This document shows positions 21,737 to 35,040 of a DNA stretch of 64,000 nucleotides, in pieces. Every line of letters begins with the position of its first letter. Within the stretch, counting starts at the first letter, position 1. Position numbers and translations under genes: made by a program. A model generated the notes under the pieces. It worked only from the letters and a program-made list of their open reading frames with translations, had not been told where the DNA came from and did not search any database. The DNA is from Nageia nagi. Taxonomy: Eukaryota; Plantae; Pinophyta. The DNA is taken from contig JBITNC010000001.1 in the NCBI GenBank assembly GCA_050084985.1, positions 65,286,001 to 65,350,000 of the forward strand. Direction: 5' to 3'.

Positions 21737-24397
21737 ATGGCTGAAGACTAAATAAAAATTTTAATTTTAATTTTAATTTTAATTGTGATGTTTATTAACC
21801 TTTGGAGGCAAGTGGAATTCATTAGCTTTCATAATATTCCCAAATATTCAGGGAATGCGTTTTCACTTCTCGATTCAAGGCAAGTGAAATATTAGAATTA
21901 ATTGTGATGCGTTTTTAAGCCAAGCCTTCCTTAAATAGCCGTATTGACTTTTCCTTTCATTTTGCACATAAAGGAAGCTTTCACTAACCTTCGAACTTAA
22001 AGTTCTGTTTGAATCAAATGTTACGCTGCATAAAATTAAAGATATGTTCACAAATGTGGACTGCATATCTCTCCAACAAGATAGACATTGCAATGTCTTC
22101 GCATGAATTATTGTCCTCGCACCACCGTGCTTTCCTCGTCTTTAATGAATTATTGTCCTCGAATCACCATCCTTTCATCTTTCTTGTCAATCCTGTGATC
22201 TAATGAAGAATGACTTGGGAAAAGTATGAAAGCTAATGAACCATGTATCTTCTGTCTTCCAATTGCTTAGCTAAATCATGTTATGGTAAATCACACTTTC
22301 TCTACTTCAAAGTTTCATTGGGGTCATATGGTATTTTGCACAAATTTGTAGAACGCTTGCATTTTAATTATATATATATTAATTAGAAAAAAAAGTAATT
22401 TGAGGTATTTTTTATATAACTTAAGGTTTTAATGGTATTTTTAAATTGTTATCATAAATCATAAAGAGATAGGTTAAAACTATTTCTTAATATCAACAAA
22501 AAAAAATTCATATGAGGAATTTAGGGAGGCACTTGGAAAGTTTTGAATTTTTGAATTTAACTTACAAAAAAAGCCAAGGGGTAGAGGAGAGGAGAGGAGA
22601 AGTAGGCCGATGCAAAGCTTTGGTGAAACAATGTATCTTGTCAAACAATTATAATGCTTTGAATTTTTTTGCAGTTTACAAAATAAATGTCTAGGGCTTA
22701 ACACCTCATAATTAATAAAGTGTGATTTCTATTATTTTTGCTATTCATTTCATTTCATGGATGTACGATAAAGTATTCTTGATGTAACTTCTCTTCTATT
22801 TCACCTCACATATGTGATTTTTGGAAATCAAATCAAGACCTACTCTTTGTTTGTCATATGAACAATCCTATTTGCTACAAGACTGAATATCCAAATAAAG
22901 AATCTTGTAAAATTTGTAAAGAAGTGATCTAAACACAACTTTTTTTCTAATAATTTTTTTAAATTAATGTATCATCTCTTGATTCCCTTTATTTATTTAT
23001 TTATTCTTTCTTTTATCTTTTCTTAAGCCAAAGTTTCATTTAAATTTGGTCTAATTAAATCCTTGAAATGATAATGCAATTCAATGAATGAGTCCAAACA
23101 TGCAGTGAATAACAAGATGTCTCCTATTTGAAAGAAAGAAATTTTTTTTATTAATGTATCACTCTTAGTGGGTTTTGAACATGGGACACTGTGAAACACA
23201 GTCACAACATGACCAACTCAACTAAAGCTAGTTTTTCTAATAAATGCATATAATACACATATTAAATATGATAAATTACACCTCGAGAATGATATCAAAG
23301 CTAGTTTGGCATATATATGTGGTTTATTTTTTATTATATTTAGTGATTTTATTATAATATTTGATATATGTTCAAATTTTTTGAATTGGTAATGGTCATT
23401 AAGATTTTTTATATGTGAATCTACTTAAGAGTAGTGGGCAAGTTAAAACACTCATAAGAGAGCCACGTTCTAATCCCTTTGTTCCTTGTATAGTTATCAC
23501 ATAGAATATTCTAAAGTTAGTTCAACCACAGTCAAACCAAGGGTGAATTTGATGGAAAATATACCCCTGTTTATGGCTTCTTAAGTTGAAGGATAAATTT
23601 CCTTGTTACTAAATAAATTGACTTCCTCAAAAGATTAAAAATCTCTTTATATATACTACTATTGCAAAGGTTAAGTGTTATCCCTCTTAATAAAATTCTA
23701 ACAATTTTTATATAAAAAGTGTAGCTAAAGAAAATTTATCAATCTTTCAATTTTGTTTTATTAAATCCTCAATTTTTAATGGTTACATTATGTTTACCTA
23801 AGAAGGTATTTATAATAAGACAAATTTTCCTTAATATAGCATAAATCTTGGATTGGTCAAAAGAGTATATAACTAATAAATACAATAGAAGATTTTTAAA
23901 TACAAATCTTGGATTGCTCAATAGAGTGTAATTTTCATTCTGATTTTGAAAAGCTATGAGAAACTTGTAGTGAGGTTGAGAAGATTTTTAGATACAATAG
24001 AAGGATTTTCTTTCTATTGGAGTTATTGTTAAATTCTCGATATTCTTAATCTGATGAGTAATAAATATGAATGGAAGAAAGAAATTTGATGTAGATTTTG
24101 AACTTGTCTACTATGAAGTAATAAATATTGACTTAAATTTCTTCATAATAATTTCATAAAATTTTGATTCTATAAATAAATATAAAAATAATGTATTAAA
24201 ACTTATCATTAAAAAAAAATTGTATGTTTTAAATCACAATTACAACGGATTTCATTTTTAACGGAGGCTATTTCTTCGAATCTCCCTTCACCAAAATTCT
24301 GTCGACTTCAATAAGGAAGGTGTAGGAATAGAATACTATACACCCCAATTGCAACGGATTTCATTTTTAATTTTGATGCTTTTATTCACTAGCTTTC

Positions 24398-24690
24398 ACA
24401 CTTTTTCCAAGTCAAGTGTTTTCCAAATTGCCGTATTGATGGGGAAGGCGTAGAAAGATTGGTGGTGAAATATAGTCAAATAATTCATGTGCAATCTTTG
24501 TGGAGTTTCAAACTATCTATATTTAATGGAGTCCTGGAATCATAAAAACAAGATATAGTGTTTCCAAGTCAAGTAGAATTCACATCGATTTTCTAATGGA
24601 ATTCATAAAATATAATTTCTTTTCCGGTCAAGTTCTCTAACTCGCCGAATTGATCGGGAAGACGTGGGAAGTGGGAAGGTTGGTGGTGGC
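24398..24690 (-). promoter_or_regulatory. W-box-rich repeated promoter module upstream of RLPs
   Basis: Four TTGAC(T/C) on the minus strand in ~220 bp. The ~65-bp motif GTCAAG..GCCGTATTGATGGGGAAGGCGTAGAAAG recurs at ~24400, ~24620, ~35080 and ~37920. Confidence 0.45.
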
Positions 24691-25699
24691 CACATACCAC
24701 ATGAAGACTTCCATGACTTTTCTTAAAAAATAGACGAGGGTGGTCTTCGAGATTTTTTCGGATTATTTTTAACCTACTGGACTGATGAATTAAAATTTAA
24801 GATTTTAAATTTAAGGAAGAGAAAAATCTCACGAAATTTAGTTTGATTCATATATATATTACAATGCTTAGAAAATATTATTATTATAATTTTTAAATTT
24901 TTGGAAGACTAATTCACTAATAAAAAATAATTAAGAATTTGTTATTGCTTTTGTATAATTTTATTAATTAAAAATAATTATTTTTAATGTTGTTATCTTT
25001 ATTTGTACAGTCAATTAAAATTGAAATGAAATTAATATAGTGATTTTCCAAAAGATCAAAATGTTTAAATCAGTATTAATAAATAATCAGAAATGATAAT
25101 ATAATTTTATTAAAAAATTTCTATAAGAACATTGCACATTAAAAATTCTTGTTTTAAAAAATTTGCATAAATAAACATTGAGATACAAAGGGTTAAGATT
25201 GAAACCATATTCTAATTTGGTGGCCTAAATAATGCTACCTAAATCAAAGTGATGCTACCTAAATCAAAGTAATCCCAAGTTAAACTAAGGAAAGCCATGT
25301 GTTTATGTGAGCTTCCTCACAAAAGACTTCCATGACTTTTCTCTAAACCAAACATGCAACCTGTGCTTTCTCATTTGACATCTCAACTTCTCTAACATCC
25401 AACAGTGCAGAGATATATACATATATATGAATTTTGTAGAATTTGTGAAGATTTGAAGTCCAGATTTTGTAAATTAAAAAGAAAATTATTTTTAAAATTC
25501 TGTTTATGTAGAATTACCATTTTTATAGCTTAGATATTTCTTTTGTGACTCTGCGAAGCATTGTTGTTGATCATCCAGATAAAGCAGTCCATTGTTGATT
25601 CGTTTAAATATCTTCTATATTCTACCTCTTTTCTTTCATATTCTGCAATTCACCAATAAAGACGCAACTTTGCATTAAAACTTTAGCTAATTATTTTTT

Positions 25700-28600
25700 G
25701 CATTCTTGTGTAATTATTTTTTGGTGTCTTGTGTGTGTAGTGGATGTGTTGAATCACCAAAGTTTTTAATGCATATTGCAATTTTTACATCAATTTCATT
25801 GTAATGCAGCAAAACAAGAGCTATCAATGTTATTTTGCTTACATTTAATGATTGAATCTGGTTCAGGCTTGAATCTCTCACTGCTACCATTTTTGTTACC
25901 ATGATCATAAGAAGAATCTTTGCCACGATTTTTTGGAATTCATCACACTTTCACTACTTGCTATGTATACTTCAAGCCTAGTGCAACATTATGGTCCATG
26001 AAATTTGGCTATGGTTTGAATCGCTCTTCCAATTTTTTTGGATGTTTATTTAATTTGTTATGAATTCATGTTGAACCATAAAGTCATGTTTAGCTTTCAA
26101 GGTTGGATTCTAGTTAGCAATCTAAGTGCAAAATTTTCAAGCTTTAGAGAAAGAGGAATTTCAATTGATACTTATCACAATTTTATTAACTGTATATTAA
26201 TTTTCACTCCATGTTGTGATGTACAATAGAGACCAACTATGTGATTATATTGTTCTTACAATAGAGAATAAAGTGAGCTTTCTAGCAAAGGTTAAAATTA
26301 AATGTTAAAAATTATTCCATCATATCAGTCACAAGAAGGATGGATTGTTTCATTTCGAATTCTTGGGTATGTCACCTAATAACTTAAGTCTTTTTATGAA
26401 TATCTTGAATGGTTTTTAGCTTCATAAAATCTAGTTGAACTTGATGAAAGGGATTTTTTCTTTGAGTAAAATTATGTAATAAATATATAATTTATAAGCG
26501 ATGAATATACTAAAAACAACTCTTCAAGTCTTGAGTAATTCCTTTCTTGAAGCTCACTAGAGCCTCCCAAGATATCCCAACTTGTAGGTTTTAACCATGA
26601 ATACAGTAAAAGAAGCACAATGTATAAAATGGGTGCACCAACTAAAACAAAAGAAGATTGTTGAGAAGAAGGTGAAACTATCTGAAATATTTTTTCAAGT
26701 TGCTCTTTGCTTGTCAGATTCAATAGCTATCATGGCCAAAGGGAATATATATCTCATAATCTCTTACCATTTTATATTTAGAAAAAACATGTTTCCATGG
26801 ATCTCGACACTGATTTGTTGTTTGTATGAAATCATGACGAGAATAATAGTCTTCACAATTTTCCACTTTCTCATAGATGTAGCAATCTTTTTCATTACTC
26901 CAATATTTGATAGTGTATTTTTCTCAATACATTTTGGCTCAATAAGGATCTCTATTTCTAAAATGCTCCAACTTATCCTTCTTTTTATGTTTTGAAACCA
27001 AAGTTGATTGATTTTAGCATTTTAATATTTGGATTATGATTGATATTCAGTTGCAAAAACCCAAGAGATGATGTTTTCATTGATTGTTTGCGTACTTACA
27101 TAAAATCAAGGAGCTAATCATCTATGTCCATAAATATCTTTATCTTATATGTCATTTTGTGAAAGCAATCTAGTAAACCTCCTAAAACTTGGCTCTGTAT
27201 GAATCAAGCAATGTAAATTCCTATCCATGATAATACCTCAAAAAAATATGATGATTCATACTGCAGTAAACAAAGCAATAAATTAGACTTATAAACAAAG
27301 AAGCTCAACCTCTAACAAAATAACAAGAATTGTAAACAATGAAAGTAACGATTTGTTACAAACAATAAGATGAAAATTAATTCTTCAACTATTTACTCAA
27401 GAAGATATACCATCACAAATAAATGCATTTGAATATGCATGCTTGATGCTAATCATAAATTTATTTCCATGTAGTAAATTTAAGCATTCTTGTAAATGCA
27501 CCCATTTCAAAATATCTTAAGTAATCAGAAGTGATACTAAGAAGAAAATATGAATACATGATAGGTCATCAATATTTACCTCATGTAAACATGTGATTGC
27601 TGATAGTTTAGTTATACTACTATAATTTTATATTATTAATAAAGAAAATAATTTCAAAGTGACTAATATTTGAGATTGTTATCATGCTTTTTGCCATGCC
27701 CATTTTATGTACCATGATGTTTAGAACAAACATGAATTATTTGGATGATAAAAGAGTTGAAAGATTCTAATTATAAAGGTCTCAAACATGCTTTGTAAAG
27801 GATCAAATCCCCCTTATTATGATATGAGGTAGCTAGTTGAGGAAAAGGTCAAACGAAAAAAACATTTGAGTCTAATACAAAGTATTCAATTTGTTATTTA
27901 CTCATTTGCATACAAAAATCCAAAACAAAGGATGAAAATTAGGTAATATCACCATAGTCTTGATTCAAGCATAAGCATTACCTATGGACTGCTGTTAGGT
28001 TCTACAACAACCACATATAGAAGCTGTGGTAGATTATAAAGAAGAAGATCCAAGATTACTAGTGATGTCAAATTAAATATTAGAAAGAGAAGCAAAGGAA
28101 ATAATAGAGACAACTAAAGCTATATCAAATGAAGTCAAGGATCTAAATAAACTCTCAACAAGCCACATCATTTAAAAATAAAGTAAAATACTTTAATTCC
28201 AATCCTCATTGCATGCATCTACATGAATAAAACAAAATGAAATTAATAAATACATTACTCATTTTTCAAACCCTAAAATGCATCATTTTAATTACCTAAA
28301 AAATTTCTCTAACTATAAATTATGAATGCTATAACATGTATTCCAAATCGAACAACTATTGAACCCTAGATTCAAACTTCTTTACATTTATACAAAGTTA
28401 AAAAAACAAATTTAGAAAAACATGCATAAACTAGAATGACTTCCTAATAATAAAACTATACTCTAAAATTCTACCATAGAAGAAAAAGATTTAAGAACTA
28501 AGGACCACTTATGAATTAAAATAAATAAATACAAGAACTAATGATTGTATTACAAGTTTACAACACCAAATAAAGAAAAAAGAGAATTATCAAAATAAAG

Positions 28601-28845
28601 TATTGTATTAAATTGAAGGAAATACTGTAATCGAAAGCGCATAGAAATTAATCTATTGAGGCTCAAATATTATATTTAATTATTCGTATATTCAGATCTA
28701 GAAAAAACTTACAAAATCATTTAAAATGTAAAGAGTTTAAAAGCTAAAAAGTTGTTATATGAGAATTAGCATAAAAACTAACCGAACCACTATAGAAGAA
28801 AAACCACAAAATTGACTAAAATACTACAAAATCTTTACATCAAAT
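25700..28845 (-). mobile_element. Decayed hAT-like DNA transposon (copy 1 of 3)
   Basis: Minus-strand remnants: FxYANx (N-terminal), LAMIAIESDK, and KIVAKILL...SSER..S...IQS..RKQ (hAT dimerisation-domain pattern); AACCGAACC subterminal motif. Confidence 0.5.
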
Positions 28846-28849
28846 GGTA

Positions 28850-31800
28850 TGTTAACATATAGAAAATCAAATTTTATTCTAATTTTAATATCCTCCCTAA
28901 ATAATCTAATTTGGAAGAAAATTCTCAATCCTCCTTCAAATATAATTTTGGAGAAAATGTTTCATTCTCAAAAGGGCCTTCAACATGGTAAATTCTTCCT
29001 CCTTCAATGGTTTTGTCAAGATGTATACCACTTAATCTTTAGAATTTCAATAAGAAAGTTTTATCTTTTATCTAGGACCAATTCTTTGATGAAATGAAAT
29101 CTAATATCGATGTGCTTGGGCCCTTGAAGAACATGATTTTTGAAAAGTATAATGGCTAATTGGTTATCAAAGAAAATAGTGATTGTGTCCCTTTAAGGTT
29201 GAATCATTTCTCCATGCATCCTTCATAGCCAAATAACTTAGCAATCAGTTGAAGTTGTTGCTACATATTTAGCTTTTGTAGTAGATAATCCAATAATACT
29301 TTATATTTTTATGATCACAGCACCTGAACCAAGATTAAATACATATCCTAAAGTACTTTTACTATCATATATATCTCATGCCCAATCACTATCTATATAA
29401 TCACTTAACTACAAAGCATTCTTCTTAGCATTAAAAATTCCATGATTATCCCTTGCATATATCTAAGCATTCTTTTACCTTCCTAAAAATGTATATCAAT
29501 AGGATTCTCCATGAACCTACTTATCAAGCTTACAGCATAAGTGATATATGGCCTCATTGAAGTTAAAATTGCTAATTTTCAATTTTTCATCTTGAACCTT
29601 TTTAAGATATCATTTGCGTACTTCTCTTAAGAAATAAAAATACCATCACTATTTTGAGTTACTTCAATACCAAGATAATAACACATCAAACCAAGATCAA
29701 TCATTTCAAATTCAATTTTCATTTCCCTAGAAAATTATATAAGCATGAGTTCATTGTTTCCAATGTAAATCAAATCATAAAAATAATTGCAAACTATCAT
29801 AACATCTCCTTTTTTATTTTGTTTTATGCATAAAGTATGCTCATATGGATATTTTTCAAAACTATTTTGTAAAAAATATGATTCAATCCTACCATACCAA
29901 ACTCTAGGTGCCTCCTTTAAACCATACAAAGTTTCTTTAGTTTGACCACTTTACTTTATCATCTTCTTTCTCAAAATTGGGTGGTTGCTCTATGTAGATG
30001 TCTTCCTCCAGTACACCATTCAAAAAGGTTGATTTGACATCCATCTCAAAGAGTTTCTAACCCTTTTATGTTGCAAGGGCTAAAACCATGTGAATAGTAT
30101 CCATTTTAATAATAAGTACAAAAACTTCATTATAATTTATACTTGATTTTTGCTTCTAGCCTTTTACTACCAACTCGGCCTTGTATTTATTTACTTCACT
30201 TTACTCATTGTACTTTGTTTTATAGAACCACTTCACTCCAATTAGTTTTTTGTGCTATGGAAGATCTATCAACTCCCAAGTTTAATTTCTATTCTATAGC
30301 TATAATTTGTTCATGCATAGCTTTAATCTATTTATCATCATTTATTACATCTTCAAATATAACAAGATCACATTCACACAAAAAATGCAAAGTGAGAATC
30401 TTCACTTTACCACTATTATTTCTTGATATATGTCATACAAGCTCCTTTCTATTACCTTCTTGGTGGAGATGTTATGGAAGAAAGGTTTCTTCCTGATGAA
30501 GAAGGGCTTGTTCTTAGTGTTGATGGTCAAATGCTTCTGTTGTTAGCTCCATAATTACCAACCAAATTTTATTGTTGGCTAACTATTTCATCTTCAATGT
30601 TGACTTGATAGTTTCCTTTCAAATTCCAACACCATCTTGGTCTTCAAGAAACTTAACATCTCTACTTATCATCAACTTTTGTATTTCTAGATGGTATAAT
30701 CTGTATGCCTTTGATTCTTCATTGTAGCCAACAAAAATAGACCTCCCTTGCTAATCATTAATTTTTTTAAGTGTATCTAGAATATGAGAATAAGCAATGT
30801 TGCCAAAAATTTGAAAATATCCTACATGTTGTTTGTATCATCCCCATGCTTCTTATGGTTTCATTCCCCAAACTATCATTGTAGGAGACCTATTAAAAAT
30901 ATAACCTACACAACAAACTACCTCCTTCCCAAAAATATTTAGGTAAATTATTAGGTTTAAGCATAAGTTTCTTACCATATCTAAAATACTTATGTTCTTC
31001 CTCTTAGTTATGCCATTTTGTTGAGGAGTGTACCTAGTTATTAACTACCTTTTTATGCTAGTCTTGATATAAATTTTTTGAAATTCATGTGAGATGTACT
31101 CTCCACCTCTATCATTCCTTATGATTTTAATGAAATACCACTTTTTTTTTCAACTAACTCTTTAAATTCTCTAAATTTTTAGAAAGTATCATATTTGCTT
31201 TCAATGGATAAACCCAAAGTTTTCTACTGTAATCATCAATAAATGTCAAGAAATATTTCATACCAGACAACGAAGTGACTTTAAATGTTCCACATAAATA
31301 TAAATGTATTAGCTCCAATGGCATTGAAGCTCTCAAGACTTACCTTCTACAAAATGTTCTTTATGGTATTTTCAAATAATTCATCCCTCACATTCTACGT
31401 CTAGCCTTTGAATGAGAGATAAATTTACTACTATGTTCTTTTTATGCAAAAAGATTCAGTCTTCCAAAATTCAAATGACCAAATCTAAGATGCCACAACC
31501 ACTTTGTATCTTTTACTATAGTATTGAAACTTAAATGCAAACTCTTTTCAATGCTAAGAGGAAACATCTTATTAGCATTATGGGATTTTTTGCTATCAAC
31601 TTGTTCTTCCTATCTGAAATAAAGCATGTAAAATTATGAAATAATATAGTATGGCCATTTTGTAGAAGTTGAGCTACACTTATCAAGTTATGCTTTAAAC
31701 TAGGTACATGAAACACATCACCTTGGTTTGATTTGAGTAATATCCTCCCTTTCCCTATGATCAATGCACTTGCATTATTACCCATTTTCATTTCAATGTG

Positions 31801-32399
31801 ATAGACTTATCTAAATACTAAAACACCTTTATCTTTATTTATTTCTTCATGTGTACTACATGTAAACACATAATCCTCCACCTCTTCACCTTCCTTTGTA
31901 TATTGAGTTGTCTGCTTTCACCTGGTATCATTTTTCTACATTCAAATGTAAGATTTCCATATTTCTGATAATAATAGTGTTGAACAAATAATCTATCATA
32001 CCTTTGAAAGCCTCTACCTTTTTGTTGAGAGTTTCTTGTGTGGATTTATTTAATCGATGCTCATGACTGTACAAAGAACCTATTAGTTCATCTATAGATA
32101 AAGTTGTTAAATCTTTTGCTTCTTCAATGGCTATAACTGCAATATCATATTTTTGAAGCAAACATCTTAAAATCTTTTCTAAATTTTTTTGATTGCTTAT
32201 AACTTCACCATTTCTTTCATCTGATTAATTAAACTCATTGTATGAGTAAAAAAATCCCCTAAATTTTATGATTCTAACATTTGTAATATCTCAAAATCTC
32301 TTCTAAATTGTAGACAAAATGTCCTTACTCTATCTCTACCTTGAATTTATTGTGAAAGGAGATCCAAAGCTTCTTTTGCCTTTGAAGTGGTTGTAACTC
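28850..32399 (-). mobile_element. Decayed Copia family B (gag to RNaseH, PPT), copy 1; 5' end deleted and joined to an RLP tail
   Basis: IEEAKDLTTLSIDELIGSL (gag), VFHVPSLKHNLISV (PR), FLTFIDDYSRKLWVY (INT), YGLKEAPRVWY (RT), HIDIRFHFI and ILTKPL (RNaseH); PPT AGGGAGGA at ~28890. Confidence 0.9.
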
Positions 32400-32450
32400 T
32401 TAGAAGGAGTTTCTCATTCTACCCCATCCAAAATGAGAGAGATTGTTCCA
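32400..32450 (-). pseudogene. 3' tip (TM end/tail) of RLP-3, running into the gap
   Basis: Nearly identical to 49767-49818 (GTISLIFGWGRMRNSF*) and homologous to RLP-1 19430-19470. Confidence 0.75.
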
Positions 32451-32550
32451 NNNNNNNNNNNNNNNNNNNNNNNNNNNNNNNNNNNNNNNNNNNNNNNNNN
32501 NNNNNNNNNNNNNNNNNNNNNNNNNNNNNNNNNNNNNNNNNNNNNNNNNN
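32451..32550. other. Assembly gap (100 N)
   Basis: Run of N. Confidence 1.
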
Positions 32551-32715
32551 CCAGTTCCCCTTGGGTAGCAATATACTCTCACAAGGAGAAGTACTAGCTA
32601 TTTTCCAAGGTTGGATCCAATGTTTATTGGATCAACTAAATTATTAATCTTGAATAGGTTTCAAGTTGTTCTCCTAGGTTATCAGGATAATCCTTAAATG
32701 GACATGTAAGTATGT
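32551..32715 (-). ncRNA. Partial third copy of the Copia-A structured leader, inverted
   Basis: Reverse complement aligns with ~7428-7590 (GGATTATCCTGATAACCTAGGAG..CTTGGAAAATAG..GTACTTCTCCTTG..GAGTATATT); 8-bp hairpin at 32614-32633. Confidence 0.8.
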
Positions 32716-33440
32716 AGGCTCTTGGAGACTCTTCATGACTTTTAGTTGGATGAGTACTTCATGTACATTGAAATTGGTTATGGTTAATGATTGTATTTGG
32801 CAAAGTAGTGAGTCTCAAACTAGATCTTTCTTACTTCACAAATATGTAAAAAGTTCTCATCTCTGTTGTATCTATTTGGAGGAGAACTCTCTTACTTTCT
32901 CTTCTTCTTCTCTCTTACTCTCTCTATCCCAATATTGCATTAAGGGGGAGTGTTGGAATGCATAATGCATTATTATAAATGTTGTATTAAATTTTTTATG
33001 CAACTTCACTAATACTTTAGGGTATAATTTGATACCTTAAGTATTTTAGTGAATATAATAATGTAACTTGTCCCACACTCCATGTCATGAGCATGCCCCT
33101 TGGGTCAAAGGATGTGCATGTCATGCTTAAGTAATCCAAAGAGTGATTTTGGCCTATAAATAGAAGGCTCCCTCTTTGTAATTACACAACAAAGTGTGGA
33201 GTAAAATTATGCTATAGGATAGAAGTGTAGGAGTTGAGATTATGAGGATTATAAGAGAGTTGTATTTGTGATTGAAGTAAAGATCTAGTTAGTGGATGTA
33301 TTCCTAGTTGGAGGAACCACTTTACATCTTGAGTTACTTTGTGAGATTGTCTTATTTGTAAAATTGTTGGATGTGAATTTGAAAGCTTTCATATGATCTT
33401 GGTAGTTTAGGATTATTCTTGTTATAGTTCAATTCTTTTA
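32716..33440 (+). mobile_element. Copia family A copy 3: 3' UTR, PPT and 3' LTR (32951-33440)
   Basis: 32797-33440 aligns with 10617-11270; AAGGGGGAG followed by TGTTGG. Confidence 0.9.
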
Positions 33441-33899
33441 GTATTTAGCTGGAAGATCTAGTAACTTACGTAATGTATTGACTATCATAAACTACTTGAA
33501 CTAAAAATTATGAATTTATGTTTTTCATTAGCATCATTCATGTATTGTTCGTTGTATTATTTTTGTATGTCATTATATGAATTATTATGGCTAAAATTAT
33601 TCTTGTTGAGATGTTAATTCTAATCTTTAGAAAGAATACAAATTACTATTTCTAGTTGGTTTCATATTATATAGTTTCTAAAGAATTATATTTTACTTAT
33701 GAAATGACATGCTAATTTTGTTTCAATAGTTTCTAAGGAATTATAATTTATGTATGAAACTAGCAAACAATATTTGTTGATAAAGTTCAAACTAATCAAA
33801 TATGTGATAGTGATCTCATAATCTTATGTGTTTGGTATGCATGCATGGTAATGATTATTTTTATTTGTTTCCTTTCATAAATTATTTATATAATGTGTT

Positions 33900-34935
33900 A
33901 TTATTTTTTCTTTAATGCATTGATAAAATCAAAGAAGGGGAAAATTTTAATGTATTGGATCCATTTGATGGTGATGTTGTGGGCATTGGAAGAATTCACT
34001 TGCTATCAATTGTACATGGAGTCAACTTGAAAGGAATAAGAGATGCAAATGTAAACATTTTAAAGGTTACAAGTAATGTGCCCCTTGCTTATGAGGAAAA
34101 ACTAGATGGAGCTACTTGCCTAAAAGAGAAAGAAAGAACCTTCACACAATGGCCACTAAAGTATTTGCAAAAAATGATTGCGTAGTTGATCAACATGTTT
34201 ATCATGTACTAGTTGTTAGACATCATGGTTCACTACTTTATGTAGTATTTTTTTTTATTTAGGGATTTTAATTATAAAGGTGTTTTTGAAAGATTTGGAA
34301 AGTGGAAACTCTCATACAACTTTGATATTTTTTATTATATTTACATAAACACTCTTAGACATCTTATAATTTGATATGTATATTTTTATTAATTTTTTTA
34401 ATTGCACATTACCTTTATTTATCATGATGTTGAATCAATCCTTTAATTTTAGCTTTTTGTATCTTGTTCAAAAGTGCAATATTTTTATTTACTTTTATAT
34501 ATTTAGTTCAAGTTTGATATGTATATTTTATATTTTTGCATTATAAAATTTATGGTATTTAATAAATTATTTATTTCATGACATTATTTATTAATAGCTA
34601 ATGGTAATCAATAAATAAAAATGATTAAATCTATGACTAATTCAATGACTACATATATGATGAATGCAATTACTAAATATATGACTAAATATGCAATTAA
34701 ATTAATGACTAAATATATGATTAAATTAATGAGTAAATATACAACCAAATCAACAATTAAATTAATGACTAAATATATGACTAAGTCAATGACTAAATAT
34801 ATTACTAAATTCATGAATAAATACTGACTAAATATATGAATAAATCAACGATTAAATCGATGACTAAATCAATGACCAAATAAATGAATAAGATAGATTA
34901 GTCATAAATTTGATCATGAGATAAATGACCGAAAA
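33900..34935 (+). mobile_element. CACTA/En-Spm-like relic: TnpA-type exon plus subterminal repeats
   Basis: ORF 33955-34185 (VVGIG...VHGVNL...V.I.KV..NVPL....L.......QWP) fits the En/Spm Tnp1-like C-terminal domain; followed by a 12-bp repeat array. Confidence 0.55.
34620..34912. repeat. 12-bp tandem array (ATGACTAAATAT/ATGACTAAATCA), ~20 units, last one inverted
   Basis: Units are directly visible; inverted TTAGTCAT at ~34898. Confidence 0.9.
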
Positions 34936-34939
34936 TTTA

Positions 34940-35040
34940 TTGACATCTTCATCATTATTGACACACCACCCATTTCACTCCTCATCATTTCTAGATATGA
35001 AAACATGCAAGAGGCCTCCAAATTTATAGGATGTCTGTAG
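34940..35040 (-). pseudogene. 5' relic of RLP-3 (TATA, 5' UTR, first codons MMKM)
   Basis: Aligns with RLP-1 21658-21750 (ATCTTCATCATTAT..ACACACCA..CATTTC..TAGATAT.AAAACA..CTCCAAATTTATAGGATG); cut by the CACTA-like repeats. Confidence 0.8.

Larger units (their letters stand above)
24680..32450. repeat. Segmental duplication copy 1 (hAT relic + Copia B + RLP 3' tip); pairs with 41958-49818
   Basis: Near-identical colinear sequence; the same spurious ORFs recur (26597/40065/43926; 29735/47092). Segment 24255-24470 also matches 37787-37990. Confidence 0.95.

Noticed and set aside
21327-21755. Plus-strand ORFs over RLP genes (also 55311-55841)
   Set aside because: Antisense shadows of LRR coding sequence.
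26597-26995. Three-copy 'membrane protein' ORF (also 40065, 43926)
   Set aside because: Antisense to the hAT relic; recurs only because of the recent duplication.
34608-34827. Repetitive ORFs MTKY.../LVIY...
   Set aside because: Translations of the 12-bp DNA repeat.
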